64,000 nucleotides of DNA, taken from NCBI GenBank assembly GCA_000091205.1, contig AP006498.2. One strand, 5' to 3'. Below, piece by piece: positions 22,084-33,541 of the stretch. The notes under the pieces are model-generated. The model made no database searches and was not told the origin of the DNA. It saw only the letters and a program-made list of their open reading frames with translations. The translations under genes were made by a program, and so were the position numbers. Each line of letters starts with the position of its first letter. Position 1 is the first letter of the stretch. The stretch is from Cyanidioschyzon merolae. Its lineage: Eukaryota.

Positions 22084-24687
22084 ATGAACGACTACAGGGC
22101 GCTGCTTCTGCGTCCATTGGTTGAAGCTGCTCCTCATGATGACGGCAACAGACGCGAGGAAGTTTCTGTTGCGCGACCGCGAGGCCTGCGCAACATCTGG
22201 GCCAGTGATGTGCAGCAAGAGTCCAATATGTTCCTCGTTACCTATGCGACATCCCTCGAAGATATCGCGGGGTTTTACTTCTATGCAGCGGCAACGAAGA
22301 GCAAAGATGAACCAGGACGCAAGTTACTGCTGGTACCGAATGTCAACCGAGCGGCGTATTGGCAATCCCTCATTGCAGAGATCGACGCACGCGAAGCGCA
22401 GCATCCAGAACTGACCATTGTTACGCCTGAGGGACTGAGCACGCCGCTCATCGCTCATACGAGCTTGCTGCTCGTTGATGGTGTCCACCTTGTGCTTGGC
22501 TTGCACGGAGACAGCTCTGAGCATTGCGCGGCTGGTGCCTCTGCCCGAAACCTCTCCGAAACAGTGGAGTTCGCAGATGCGATCACCAGATTGTTGTTCT
22601 ATCATCCAGGGAAGCTACGTGTTTTCGCACAGATGGCCGGTCCTAGTTCAGCGCGAGCTCAAACAGAACTAGTCCCATTGCTCGCTCAGTGGTTGCGATG
22701 TTCATCGGTGCGTCACATTATTCCACAGACAACGACCCCGGAACCGAGCGCCGCTTTGGAGCGTGGTGCCCATCACTGGCCCTACACGATCATACCATTT
22801 GCGGTCCCGGTGGAGCACCAGCTCGATCATGTGATCGACCAGCGACGAGAATACCTTTACGAGGTGCTGGAGGCGCACACAGGCGTGTTTGATGGGAAGG
22901 AGCAGGCGCTCGTCTTGTGCCCAACCAAACGATCCACAGAGCGCACCCTTGCCGCCCTGGCGAGTAGGCTCGCACCTCAGGGCGCAGCATGCACTGCTCC
23001 AGTGCCGTCTCTGATTCTCAGTAACGTCCCTGAAGACTCTCGCATTAAACTGGAGACGCTGGGGTCGCTCCTGCGCAACACCGAAGCACAGCGACGAGCT
23101 CTCCTCGGTATTGGTACGCTGGAGCCAGATGCTGGCGACGAGGAAAGCAGCGCGTGGTCCAGCGCGTCGAAACCCGCAGCTCACAGCGATCGCGTGCTTC
23201 TGCAAGAGCTGTTCCGCAGTGGCGCACTCCGCATCGCCGCAATGGCCATTCGGAGCGTACGCGGCCGCAACGACAAACCTGAAGGCCCCGATGTTGCAGC
23301 GAGCGCCGGCCGAGGTGCGCGGAAATCGCCGTCAACATCGATGCAGTGTGCGGATACGGCGCATGCGGTCCAACCATTCGCTACAATCGAATACATAACA
23401 CGAATTTTGGATGAAATGCACCGGTCTAAGCATGCGGTTGTTGTGGTGCTCAAGACCACGCACTGGTCGGGGTACCATGGCGAGCCAAAATCTTTCCAAG
23501 CGTCAGTGCTGCGGGCGCTCTCCCGCTGCATCTTTCGTGTCGCTGTCGAGCCGACTGGCGTCCTCGACAGAACGCGGCACTCGCAGGCTGCAATCATGCA
23601 CGTTACGTGTCAAGCTCTGCATCGCTTGATGGTTTTCACGAGCCAAAGAAGCGCCCCCTGGGTCTACTTGCATGCGACCGGAAGGCTCTTCACCGGGGAT
23701 AACCTCCCGGTAGGTGAACGCGCCGCTGAACATGAGGTAGACACCTCAGCCTGGTGGATACAGCACGTCGCCAGGACGGCTAGCCAAGGCTTGAGCTTTC
23801 GCTTGCTCCGCGAAATGAACTGCTGTGGAACACCACTGGTCGACGAAGCAGCAGCAGCAGAGTGGATGCGATACACGCTTCACGCCGCCCTGATGCATAG
23901 AGGGCAACGTACGGAGCAGGCCTCTAGACGCGGTCCCGATGCCCATGCGCGGGCCCTTGTCCGGCTGTTGGAGAACGCGGGTTGCATCCAAATGAGCGCT
24001 CCGGCGAGAACTTATGCCCTGACCATGCTCGGCCTGGCCGCTCTCAAATACCAGATCAGCCCTGAGTCCATTCTCGGCTTCATTCGTAGCGCGTATGGCA
24101 AACCTCGTTGTCTCGGTACATTCTCCTCAGACAACGCCGCGGAACATCGTCACTGCATCGGGATCGCCGCACCGCGGCCAACTGCACGAATCGTCTTCGA
24201 TCCGCATCGCCATCAGCCACGATGTCGAGCTGTCATCGAACTCCTCTATTACGTATGCCATGCAGGTGCAGAGCGTGAGCTCCGGGATGCTGATATGGTA
24301 CTGCACCAGATCAGAGATCGAGGTCTTCGGCCAGAGCAAGCCATTCCTTTCACACTCCATGAAATGAATCCGGCGCGCCTGCAAAAGGGCGAAGCGGTCT
24401 TTCTCGTTGTTCAGCTCTGGATGGCTACAGCTGAGCCACCGCATGCGAGAACGATCTTTGAGGCCGTTCTCGCCATGGTGCATTGCCTCTGCGCCGCGAT
24501 CAGCGAGCGCCCTGCGCTCTATCGCCAAAGCATCATCGCGACGCTCGCTTCGTGGATGGAAAAGTTTCGCAACGGTGCTCATCACTGGGTGCGCGCTCCG
24601 AGTGATACGCCTCGAGCGCTTTTGGAGCAGTGCCTGATCGCATGGACCAGGTACACTCACGCACCGAAAGATGCTGATGCCCGTTGA
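22084..24687 (+). CDS. hypothetical ~868 aa protein with no confidently recognised domain
   Basis: Long uninterrupted ORF with coding-like composition. Faint resemblance to helicase C-terminal elements (QALVLCPTKRSTERTLAALAS ... LFRSGALRIAAMAIRSVRG), but no Walker motifs were found. Start set at the first ATG (MNDYRAL). Confidence 0.35.
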   Translation: MNDYRALLLRPLVEAAPHDDGNRREEVSVARPRGLRNIWASDVQQESNMFLVTYATSLEDIAGFYFYAAATKSKDEPGRKLLLVPNVNRAAYWQSLIAEIDAREAQHPELTIVTPEGLSTPLIAHTSLLLVDGVHLVLGLHGDSSEHCAAGASARNLSETVEFADAITRLLFYHPGKLRVFAQMAGPSSARAQTELVPLLAQWLRCSSVRHIIPQTTTPEPSAALERGAHHWPYTIIPFAVPVEHQLDHVIDQRREYLYEVLEAHTGVFDGKEQALVLCPTKRSTERTLAALASRLAPQGAACTAPVPSLILSNVPEDSRIKLETLGSLLRNTEAQRRALLGIGTLEPDAGDEESSAWSSASKPAAHSDRVLLQELFRSGALRIAAMAIRSVRGRNDKPEGPDVAASAGRGARKSPSTSMQCADTAHAVQPFATIEYITRILDEMHRSKHAVVVVLKTTHWSGYHGEPKSFQASVLRALSRCIFRVAVEPTGVLDRTRHSQAAIMHVTCQALHRLMVFTSQRSAPWVYLHATGRLFTGDNLPVGERAAEHEVDTSAWWIQHVARTASQGLSFRLLREMNCCGTPLVDEAAAAEWMRYTLHAALMHRGQRTEQASRRGPDAHARALVRLLENAGCIQMSAPARTYALTMLGLAALKYQISPESILGFIRSAYGKPRCLGTFSSDNAAEHRHCIGIAAPRPTARIVFDPHRHQPRCRAVIELLYYVCHAGAERELRDADMVLHQIRDRGLRPEQAIPFTLHEMNPARLQKGEAVFLVVQLWMATAEPPHARTIFEAVLAMVHCLCAAISERPALYRQSIIATLASWMEKFRNGAHHWVRAPSDTPRALLEQCLIAWTRYTHAPKDADAR

Positions 24688-24823
24688 CCAAATACGGTGC
24701 TTAGAGGTCCACTCGGATGTCGATGTGCGTCAAACGAGCTTCCTCCTCGCGATCGCATGACCGGTTCGCATCATTGCTCGTTAGTCGAACACGGTGTTTC
24801 GCTTTGCACTTGGATGTCGATCT

Positions 24824-25885
24824 TCATAAAGCGAGATTCTTTCTCGGTATCTTATGGCTTCTTTGCACATCCGGGGAATCGTCTTGCGAGAGCGCATAGC
24901 CCAGCGTTCCTCCAAAGACGAGCAGCAAGGACATCCATTGGAAGCCGTGCATCTTCGTACCGAAAAGCTGCGCGCTTAGCAAAAAGTTCGCTAGTTTCCG
25001 GAGCGCGGTTACAAGCTGAACATAGAGGATGCTACGGCTGGTGACCTGCATCTGGATCACACTTCGCATACATAAATACTGTGTCATGGTGTTCACCATG
25101 AGAAGCAGCTCACCAGGAGTTCCGCCGCCAGCACCGGATAGCGGCACTGGTGCACGCCAGAGAAGTTTCATGTTTTTCACGAGGGATGCCTGCTCCATCT
25201 CCTGCGCCTGTATTAGAAAAAGCAGCACAGCCACCCAGTGCTGCATGCATAGCAGCTCTGACCTGGTAAGAGTATCGCCAGTAGCACCAGGTCTCGGGGC
25301 AATCAAAAGCTGTTGTAGTATCCCCATGACGGGTGAAAGGAAGCAGTTCACCACAAGCAGAAAGATACCTACCCAGAGGGAAGCCGATGCCCTGAGTGCA
25401 TCCCGCCTCGACTGACTCAGTGTCCCGGTTGCCTGCAGGGCAAGAGCCGCCCACACCAGCCCAGCGGACACGAGAAGCACGCAAATATACTGCACTGCGG
25501 TGTAGCGTTTTCGCTGGAAAATCACGGATAGAATCAACGTCGCAACTAGCGTGCCGGCACGGGAGACGTGCACGAGCTGGATAGATACGCCCAGCTCAAC
25601 AGAGAGGTTTATAAGGAACGCCGTTCCATAGAAAGTGAGAAAATAACCCATGAAGAGCGCCCACGTGCGAGGGCTGTGCAGGCGGTACCTCTGCTGCTGA
25701 CGCCAGTGGGTGCGGAGCTCACGAGCCGCCTGCGGCGTCGTGAGTAGTGCAACGCCCAGCATTTGGACGAAGCTGATAAGCTGGCCTGCATCTCTCGCAT
25801 ATCGCACGCCTATCTCATAGGAGTACGCGTTCAACGAGCATGAGGTCAGCGTCCACCAAGCCGCGTGCAGCGCGTCACAGTTCAT
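24824..25885 (-). CDS. multi-pass membrane transporter, possibly a nucleotide-sugar/TPT (SLC35-like) family member
   Basis: About 9-10 hydrophobic helices in a ~350 aa product with short loops. Identification is by topology and size only. Start set at the first ATG (MNCDALH); the track ORF starts at GTG 26113. Confidence 0.35.
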   Translation of the reverse strand: MNCDALHAAWWTLTSCSLNAYSYEIGVRYARDAGQLISFVQMLGVALLTTPQAARELRTHWRQQQRYRLHSPRTWALFMGYFLTFYGTAFLINLSVELGVSIQLVHVSRAGTLVATLILSVIFQRKRYTAVQYICVLLVSAGLVWAALALQATGTLSQSRRDALRASASLWVGIFLLVVNCFLSPVMGILQQLLIAPRPGATGDTLTRSELLCMQHWVAVLLFLIQAQEMEQASLVKNMKLLWRAPVPLSGAGGGTPGELLLMVNTMTQYLCMRSVIQMQVTSRSILYVQLVTALRKLANFLLSAQLFGTKMHGFQWMSLLLVFGGTLGYALSQDDSPDVQRSHKIPRKNLAL

Positions 25886-27150
25886 CGTGAGCGCGGAACC
25901 GTGCTGCGGAGAACAAGACCCTACAGTTTCGACTAGGAACGCGTTGCCCACGAAACCTATGCACCACTTGGTATTTTGCTGCAAACAATACAGCGGTTTG
26001 TCTTCGGACGGCGCTAGCTCCGTCAGTTGCGATGACGCGCAAAATATCTTTCGCAACACCAGCGATACTGGCAGGCAGTAGACGCTTTCGAGGTCAAATG
26101 GAATGCTGCCCACTGCTGTCTACGAGCATGGCACCCGAAAACTCGCCAGATGAGAGCTCCATGGTGCTCCGAACGTGTTGACGCTTTGCTTTCCGGAATT
26201 CGCGGTTGGTGTTCTGGACGCAGCCTCGGGACGTGGGTGCCACTGGTGCACGCTTGGATGCTAGTGCGCGCAGTTCGTGCACCGTGACGCTATGCTGGAA
26301 TGTGTGATCATTGCGAACAGCTCATCTGGCTATCGATGAAAAACACCCACGCTCGCTGCGACACCTGCTTCCCGAGGAAGCACGTACGTGCTACAGCGGG
26401 TCCAAGTCATAGATTTCAGTGTTTTGATTTACGAGCATCCGGATTTCATTGCGTTTCACAAGTCCAGCAGTGCAATACGGTGGCGTCCTTGAGTTTCCAA
26501 ACTGGTCGATGCTCTACTGCGCAGCGTTCCGAAATCCGTCTGAGCTGTGTTTCCAGCCCCAGTGGTCGCACATGCGAGCAAGTACATGCGCACAGGGTAA
26601 ACGCTGTGTGCATTCACGTCGCGCGCTACATTAAGGGATTTTACGGCGGTAGCGACACAATCCCAGAGACAACATAACGCCGGGTAGGCATGGCATTTCT
26701 CCACAGACGCGCACACACTCAGCAGCAGCGGACGCGCGGGGATCGCTTCCGACGCATGCCGCTGTGTTCAAAACGGTGTGCGGGTGCGGCGGGTGCGGCG
26801 GCTGCGACACAAGTTCGTGCGCCAGGCAGACGCTGGTACCTGCACGCAAACAGAACTCAGGAAGCACCAAGGGCTCGTGCTGCCCTTTGCGTGCAGCACA
26901 CCTGATCGATGCGCGTCCAGAGCGCATGACTTGCGCGCACAACACGAAGAGAGACCACAATCCACTGCGGACGTCATGGGAATGGCTTTAGAAAAAATGG
27001 TGTCATTTGAAGGCTCTGCTGATGCGTAGCATCGAGAATCTGGCCGGCGCCGGGCACTCCGCCGCGGAGGAACCAAGCTTTCCAGCATGCGTTCGTCGCC
27101 CTCCGTGGGCAGGCGGGTTCGAGCAAGGCGCTTGCACACAAGACATGCGG

Positions 27151-27936
27151 TTACGCCTTTGCTTCCCCTTCACCGTCACCCTCATTTCCACGAGCCTCTT
27201 CCTCATCGCCGCCGATATCCGAAGTCCAAAGGGTCAAATTGTCGCGCAAGAGCTGCATGATCAGAGTGCTATCCTTGTAAGACTCTTCGCTCAGTGTATC
27301 CAGCTCCGAAATGGCCTCGTCGAAAGCGTCCTTTGCTAGTTTGCAGGCGCGATCCGGAGAGTTCAAGATTTCGTAATAAAACACCGAGAAATTGAGTGCA
27401 AGGCCCAGGCGAATCGGGTGCGTCGGGGCCAGCTCCGTCATCGCGATATCCGTGGCGGCCCGGTACGCCTCCAGGCTCTTCTCCGCAGAAATCTTGCGAT
27501 CCTGCTCTGAGCTGAACTCTGCGAGGTAACGATGGTAATCTCCCTCCATTTTCAGGTAGAACACTTTCGATTCACCCGTCTTGGCGCTCGGAATCAAATT
27601 ATTCTTCAAGATTTCCAATATTTCTTTGCATATTTCCGCAAGTTCCGCCTCGATCTTCATACGGTATTCCCTATTGATTGCAACGTGCTCGGTGTTCCCC
27701 TTTGCTTCTTCTTTCTGTTCGATCGAGGAGATGATGCGCCACGACGCTCGCCGGGCCCCAATAACGTTCTTGTAAGCGACTGAGAGAAGGTTTCGTTCCT
27801 CTACCGTAAGCTCCGGAGTGTTCGCGTTCGTCTGCAGAGCAACCTGCCTCATCTGCTCAACCATCTCATCGTAACGCTCGGCTTGTTCCGCGAGCTTGGC
27901 GAGGTAAATTGCCTTCTCACGTGCTGCTTGATCCAT
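27151..27936 (-). CDS. 14-3-3 protein
   Basis: [26 protein letters not shown] ... [27 protein letters not shown] ... [12 protein letters not shown] ... [16 protein letters not shown] followed by an acidic tail. Essentially the complete 14-3-3 signature. Start is at ATG 27936. Confidence 0.92.
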   Translation of the reverse strand: MDQAAREKAIYLAKLAEQAERYDEMVEQMRQVALQTNANTPELTVEERNLLSVAYKNVIGARRASWRIISSIEQKEEAKGNTEHVAINREYRMKIEAELAEICKEILEILKNNLIPSAKTGESKVFYLKMEGDYHRYLAEFSSEQDRKISAEKSLEAYRAATDIAMTELAPTHPIRLGLALNFSVFYYEILNSPDRACKLAKDAFDEAISELDTLSEESYKDSTLIMQLLRDNLTLWTSDIGGDEEEARGNEGDGEGEAKA

Positions 27937-28306
27937 CAAAAAAGCGTGGTACTTGCTTTCAAACAAAATCGTTCAGTGCCAGAACTTGGGGCAGAAGCTT
28001 TGGTCTATGGATAGATCGCTAGATCGGCTCGCTTCCGAAAAGACACTTTCTCACCCGGTTTGGTGCTAGACCTCTTGCCAGGTAGACGCGGTACGCTTGG
28101 AGGACGCGATAACGTCCCACAAGTGCAGCGCTTGCGCATGTTCTAGCGCGCACACCATGCAGACGGGCGGTCGTATAACCGCCCAGAATCGAACATACCG
28201 GACATCAGTAACGTTGCCGCGGTGCAAGCATCCCCACTGACCGGCTGGCCTGCAGCCGGCGATGATGCGCCAATTGAACGTGATCGCGCGTGTGCGGTTT
28301 ACCTGC

Positions 28307-28344
<38 letters not shown>
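28307..28344 (+). repeat. (CCAG)9.5 microsatellite
   Basis: ccagccagccagcc... read directly in an intergenic region. Confidence 0.9.
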
Positions 28345-28350
<6 letters not shown>

Positions 28351-29879
28351 ACTTTATTTCGATGACAAAACGTTTACATTGACCATGGATACCTGATTTC
28401 CGGGTGGGTGTTCGTAATCGAAAAGGCGTCCATCATGATGCACCCTATCTCCAAGCTCCGTTACGTATACTTCCTCTAGGATGTAATGGTCGTTTCGTAC
28501 GTTCAATCGTTCGTCAGGTGCCTGCCTTGCTGCACCCGCAATCGCAGCTATGCCGCTTGTGCAGATCCATCACGGAGGCAGAACGCCTTTGTCGCATCAC
28601 TGAGGGTGTCTTAACGAGGCGTGATTCATTCAACAAGGGGTCGGAGTACGTGATCATTCTGAGAGCCTGCATGCTGCGCAGACAGACCTTGTACCTGCGG
28701 CAGCGGGAAGCGACGTACTAGGAGTCCACTGCGACCAGGGCGATGCCCAGACACGCAGCATACCCGCTCCGAGCCCCAAAATAACCTGCGTTTCGGACGA
28801 GTTGCTCAGGTCTCGCTAAAGCACTCGCCAACGGGGGAGAGTACGACGAATTAGCCTACCAGACTTGTCCGGCGCGCAGGACCTTCCGCCAATAAGGTAA
28901 ACGTTCCACAGTATGAAAACCTTTTCCCTCTTTTACCGTTTATCGTAGTTGGGGAGAGAAACTGTCATCTCGTTGGCAATGACTCGTTTGTCTCTGCTCT
29001 TTGTTCCACGGCACTGATTTCGAACGGAATTGACAACAGCCGAAAGACACGGAGGGTCGCTGGAAAAAACATTGAAAGAAAACAAACCAGTCACAAACCA
29101 TTTATCACAGAACAACTATCTTGAAGCCGCACACACCACGCCCGCCTAAGAGGTCTAGTTTTTCCGGAGAAGCTCTAAAAATGGGTTAACGCGGGGTGTT
29201 CGGGCGATAGGAAGGAAGCCCACGACAAGGTCCTTGACCGCAATGCACGGAGGCGCGGAGGCAGTAGCACCAGAAAATATGGACGAGAGTTCTGAGCAGT
29301 CATCCGCCCCTCCCGAAACAACGCTGTAGGTTCGGGCACAAATACTGGATCAATCCTTGAATTCGGGCTCAGTTTAACCCTCTACCTTGGGTACCTACCT
29401 CAACTTTGGAAACAATCTCGGCGGATGCTTTGGAAGACGGCTGGCAGTATGTTCGCGATCGATGCTGGAACAAACGACTTGCCCGCCTATGTGTTTGGGG
29501 AGCGGATGCGAAGCCGCTGAAAAGGTGGTTTGCAGACTGTTCCCAGTGATTGAGGGGAGCTTCACGCGTCCGGCAAGATAAAGGTCGCATTCGAATCGAC
29601 CTTGACTAATGTACCTCTGATTCTATGCTAGCGCTGCGCCAAGCACTCAATGAACGACTGGAATGCGGGAGGCGCTGGTGGCATGTGCGTTCACACACCC
29701 CGTCGAGGGTACATCTAAATCGACAACGTATCTCTGGAGCACCGCAGCGTTACTCCTATTCCCTTGTGCGCTACGACTCTATAGGTTTCGCATCATGGAA
29801 TATTTGCGGGATAGCCTCGGAATTGAGCTACGAAATATCGAATTACCAGTAGAGTAAAGAGGAACTTATACAAGTGGAG

Positions 29880-32800
29880 GACTCTGCGTTAGGAAAAGAG
29901 ACCCAACCAGATGCGGAGAAGGAGGCAAAAAGTCCTCATGATCCACCTAGATGCAAAATAACCAGAGAAAGCAGCTCAGGAAAGAGCCCGAAGAAGAAGA
30001 AGACCAACAAGAAAAGACAGAAGAATAGAGAGAAGAACTCCTGAACGAGCCCATCATGAGTGATCCCCCGAAAGGGCACCCCAGCGGGAACTCAAGAGAG
30101 CCGTCGCCAAACCGAGTCACCTACTCACAGCGCTGACGATCCGAAAAGCCGTGCATGCAAATCTTTTGACCAATTGGCACGCGAGTATGTAGATGGGAAT
30201 CAGAAGATTGCCAGAGAACTGGGACTGCTTGCACCAGAACGCAACAGTAGCAAGCCGCAGTACCTCAAACGACTTACCAAAACTCGGATTGATGAATGCC
30301 ACCGACTCTATGAGATCGTCAACCGCACCGCCGTACGCGCCAACGCCGGAGACAAGGAAGCGAAGGCAGCGCTACCGGCGCTACAGGCGCAACATGAGGA
30401 CGCTATCGAAAGAACGAAAAAACGTTCCAGAGAAGACAAACGAGAGGATCGAAACCGCAAAATCGCCTCCCTAGCGAAATCTATGCTAGAGAGCACCAAC
30501 GAAGATGAGACCTGGCGCTCCATTCGATCGCGACTCGACCCACCAAAAAAGTGCTTGGGGCTCACACCAATTCTGTATAAGGAAGAGCTGAGGACGGAGA
30601 GTGCCTTAGTGAATGAGGCCTGGATAGACCACGGGACAGAGCTGCATGAAGACGCAACTGGGCACTGCCAAGACCCAATCTATTGGCACCAATATGCCGC
30701 AGAACTACCGCGCCTCGACCCGGTACCGGTATGGAACGACCCAATCTTCTGGCCTGAATCTGTCCGGACCCTCTTAAGGTCATGCAACCGCAAAACACCT
30801 GGCTTTAACGGTATCGCGGCGGAGTGGATGAAACTGGTGACCCCAAAAGACGGGACAACAGGGACACCGTCGATACCAGATGAACCTGACACAAGCTTAG
30901 GCAAACGCCTTGTGGAGCTCATCCAAGGCATGTTCGAAGAAGCGTACATCCCGGATGTATGGAGGACTGCCGAGGTCGTACCGATCCTCAAAAAGGACTC
31001 CCACATACACAGACATGAACAACTACCGGCCTATCGGCCTCATCCCGTCAATCATGAAGCTACTTTTGCGCCAACCTCACGAACCGGATCCAGAGGCGCC
31101 TCGAGGAACGCAAGTTCTTCGCCCCAGGGAGGGCTGGATTCCGGAGCCGCGAGGAGTGCATGAGCCATTTCCTGACCCTCACTGAAGTGGCGCAACGTCG
31201 CTTTATTCGTGACCGACAACCAACTTACGTATGCTTCATTGACTTCCAAAAGGCCTTTGACACGGTCCCGCACGAGGCTCCATTTCTGAAGATGGAACGA
31301 GCCGGAGTCTCCGGAAAGTGCTTGGCGTTCTTCAGTGCGCTCTATGCAGACTCGCGGATGCGCATCCGACTGGGCGACAGCTCAAGAACCCCTTCCAGAA
31401 GAATCCACCGTGGACTGCGACAGGGCGAGCGCGCATCCCCGCTCCTTTTCAACATCTTCATCAACGATCCGCTGAAAAACTGCAGACAATACGGGCTTGA
31501 GGTGCCGTGGATAGACTGTGGAGATGCCCGATGAGGAGCCCTCACATGGGAACCGCCTCGCAGGCCTTCTATTTGCGGACGATGTCGTGCTGTTGGCACC
31601 CGCCCCGGAAACACTTGCGGGTAGCATGGAACAAGTCAGCGACTGGGCCGATCGCTGGGAGATGAGCATAGGAGCATCGAAGTGCGGCGTCATGCTCATC
31701 CATGGAGACTCGCAGCGCATTCGCAATCGCTCGTGGCGGTTGCAGAATCAGGAAATTCCGATCGTGGAAAACTATCGCTACCTGGGGGTCGGTCTAACGC
31801 CGACGATCGACGAAAAGGCACACGTCGACGAGATGATCGCCAAGATGCATAGACGTACAGCGATCGCACGCCCATTCTTATCCGACCCCTCTATCTGCAT
31901 AGCAATCCGTACGAGGGCACGAAGGATGTGTATCATCCAGCCTGCGACCTGGGGTGCTGAATGGTGCGGCATAAAGCACCCAAATGCCTCACGTCTGCAG
32001 ACAGCCGCCAACAGGGCAATGCGACTCGTTGTTGTTGTTGGATGCTCAGTGCAGAGCAGAGCGACCAACCCGCTGACACTCGGACTTGAACTCCAAATAC
32101 CCTCAATAGAAGCGATAGCAGCAGGCTGCCGGGCACGCATACGGGCCAAAAGGGTCCACCAAGCGCACCCGGTTCAGTCGGATTTTCATGCAGACCCCAA
32201 CGCACCGCAAGAACACTTGGATGAAATCGACGCAGATTGGGCTGAAGCGCCTCTTAGACGAAAGCACGCTCCCTAATCGTTCCCCAGAAATGTAGCAGGC
32301 TCCCGTCGCCTCAAGCGAACCGTCCAAACAACAATATGGGAACGTAGACACGGAACAAGTCGTGCCAGTAACGCCGGCTTGACTCTCTACCGGAACTACA
32401 ACCTAGCATACACATGCAAGTACTGGTGGGAGGCGCTGGAGTTCCCGGGACTTGCTCGAGGTACCCAGTGGCTCGCGAAAATCCACGTTGGTGGCTTCTG
32501 GCGACCATCACCGGCTCTAAGCCGTATAGGAACACTGGAATCGCACTGTCCCTGCTATCGAGACGAGACCCCTCGAGACGCTGACATATTTAGGCTTACA
32601 GTGCCCGCGCTGGAAGCAGGAGCGCAGCGAGCTCCTTGGCGGACAGCAGCAGCTGGACATCACCGTGATAGCAAAAGGCCGGACACTCACTTTGAGTGCA
32701 GCACTGGCAACTGATGGTCCGCTAACGGAGCCTCAGCGCTCATTAGTGGCGAACAAACTCACATGCTACCTTCTAGGCGGAAGGTCCAGCGAATCGGATG

Positions 32801-32890
32801 CGCACACGGGCCCAGTGCGCTTTCTGCGCCTACCCACTGTGGTGAGCGTCAAGCACAAACCCACATTGCCAACCGACAACAACGCATTCC
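29880..32890 (+). mobile_element. degraded non-LTR (LINE-type) retrotransposon: reverse transcriptase with no recognisable APE endonuclease
   Basis: RT motifs are split over three frames: domain 0 TPGFNGIAAEWMKL; motif 1 NYRPIGLIPSIMKLL; motif 2 FIDFQKAFDTVPHE; motif 4 GLRQGERASPLLFNIF; motif 5 LLFADDVVLLAP (YxDD-type). A K/E-rich region precedes it and a Cys/His-containing tail follows. At least two frameshifts are present. Confidence 0.6.
30060..32276 (+). pseudogene. LINE reverse-transcriptase pseudogene (frameshifted ORF2-like)
   Basis: Tracks 30060-31163, 30910-31185, 31160-31534 and 31518-32276 together reconstruct one RT reading frame. Confidence 0.6.
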
Positions 32891-33480
32891 ATGCATGATC
32901 ACGAAGGAGAGAGGCGGCTCCCAGGATATATCCTAACAGTCAAGTTTCTCCAGCGTGTCGTGCAGCGAAGACAAGCCTGCATCCCCAGACTGTACGAGCA
33001 CAAACTGACGACGAGACCCGATTCTACGTCGGGTGAACCACACCTCGAGCCGATGCCCTCTGGGGTATAGAAAAGCAGTTCTAGCTCGATGAACTATCTG
33101 CTCCAGCATTTAAGGTGCAAAGGCGGATACGGAACGGCAGGTACGAGGCACACCCGATAGGACTTATGAAACGACCAGAATATCCGAGAAGAAGTATAGG
33201 TAATGGAACTTGGAAGTAGGCTGTTTGATGGATAATTCACCGCACATTGGAAAACACAAAAAAGTAAGAAAAGAAAAATGCGCATAGTCGGAGAACGCTG
33301 GCCAAAGGAAACGTTTTGTTAATGAAAAAAATGCCGCCGTTGAAGGAAAACGTGATCTTGATATCTAGCATGTAGCTCTAATGTAAAAGTTGTATTTTCG
33401 TTAACTTCATAGCCAAGTATAGTTTTCAGTTCATTTGAGTTTCAAACCTCAAACATGTGTATTCAATTGTTTTGTCGCAG

Positions 33481-33488
33481 TATATAAC
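33481..33488 (+). promoter_or_regulatory. candidate TATA box ~55 bp upstream of the Fanzor-like ATG (33542)
   Basis: gcagtatataacag. Conserved in copy C (tgtgtataacag) but mutated in copy B (cagtatcgaacag). Confidence 0.25.
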
Positions 33489-33541
33489 AGAAGCGTTCCA
33501 GGAGCTTTCTTTTTCAAAAAAAAAACTAAAAAAGGAAAGTT

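Noticed and set aside
28307-28344. Possible CRISPR-like or telomeric repeat
   Set aside because: It is a plain (CCAG)n tetranucleotide microsatellite with no spacers. No TTAGGG-type arrays are present anywhere in the window.
33457-33541. Track ORF start MYSIVLSQYITEAFQ for the first Fanzor ORF
   Set aside because: It begins at GTG and reads through the TATA-containing promoter region. The real start is the ATG of MKKQV at 33542, as shown by copy C.
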